Source: Tubulanus polymorphus
Lineage: Eukaryota > Animalia > Nemertea
Direction: 5' to 3'
Length of the DNA: 64,000 bases
Assembly (NCBI RefSeq): GCF_964204645.1
Contig: NC_134031.1
Location: forward strand, 14,433,807 to 14,497,806
In this document: positions 63,235 through 64,000 of the stretch, piece after piece
Layout of the letters: the number at the start of each line of letters is the position of its first letter
Position numbering within the stretch: the stretch's first letter is position 1
Made by a program: the position numbers and the translations under genes
The notes under the pieces: generated by a model
Seen by the model: only the letters and a program-made list of their open reading frames with translations
The model's database searches: none
What the model was told of the DNA's origin: nothing

Positions 63235-64000
63235 TGATGAATACAAACAATGATTAACAGGTGGTGGTGGAAATCGGTCATTGTGTTCGTGAAGGGTGTT
63301 GGTAGAAACCGTATTTTTAAGAGTTGCAGATTTTGTCGATTATTAGCATCATTTTCTAAGGTGAGCACCAAATGCACTCGCATTGAAAATAGCTAGGTGA
63401 TGAATACAAACACTGATAAACAGGTGGTGGTCATTGTTTTTGTGAAGAATGGTGATGAGACCTCTGAGAACTGATTATTGGCATAATTGTTTTTAAGTGG
63501 TGCCCCGAATGCACCCTCATTCTAGGAGTAGCCACACCACCGAACGTGAACAATGCTCAATACAAATAACACTAATAAACAGGTCTACGGGAACCAGTTA
63601 TTGTCTTTATGAAGAATGGAAAATAGGACCTGTATATCCGACAGTTGATGATTTTGCAGATTATTCACATCGTCAATTATTGTCTTAGTTTGGCGTATTT
63701 TGCTCAGCGAAAATACATTTTCTAAGAGCATAGAAAGAATTACAATTCATGTGTATAAGTGCATACATGGATTGGCAAATTACATATCTAATTACTTATT
63801 TAAGGTGTGGTCGCCAAACGCACCCAAGCAGTCACGTACAACGCGGTGAATTGTTGGAGACAAATAGCGCTGATAAACAGGTGACGGGAACCAGTCATTG
63901 TGTTTGTAGAGAATGGCGTCAGCATTCTTCACAAACACAATAACTGGCTCCCGTCACCTGTTTATCAGCGTTATTTGTATTCATCACTTGTTCACGTTTT
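63235..64000. repeat. Irregularly spaced repeat family (GATGAATACAAA..CTGATAAACAGGTG..) with an inverted copy at the window end
   Basis: Core near 63237, 63399, 63557 and 63860; reverse complement at 63945-63997. Confidence 0.7.

Overview
AT-rich, intron-containing animal genomic DNA. It is probably from a marine lophotrochozoan (inference; the species cannot be read from the sequence). Three protein-coding genes can be assembled by hand from GT-AG junctions with consistent exon phases. (1) The 5' half of a DEG/ENaC (ASIC/FaNaC-like) channel gene on the minus strand, running off the window start. (2) A complete two-exon rhodopsin-type neuropeptide GPCR resembling ecdysis-triggering-hormone receptors, with a 14.3-kb intron. 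(3) A 30-coding-exon gene for a secreted protein of about 2015 aa. It has six divergent vWA-like domains with broken MIDAS motifs, a TGNGGTTTP repeat, a roughly 340-aa Lys/Glu/Pro/Ser repeat with 22 SSEE motifs, many symmetric microexons and a Ser/Gly/His-rich tail. This is a candidate structural or adhesive material protein and is the most novel item. An intron-containing tRNA-Tyr(GTA) lies in one of its introns. The rest is repeats: a decayed RTE-X-like LINE with two cleanly nested TIR elements, other LINE fragments, an LTR-gag remnant, tRNA-derived SINEs, MITEs and mini/microsatellites. One 36-bp minisatellite in the channel gene intron appears to be built from a core-mutated minimal hammerhead-ribozyme motif. 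No prokaryotic systems or CRISPR arrays are present.
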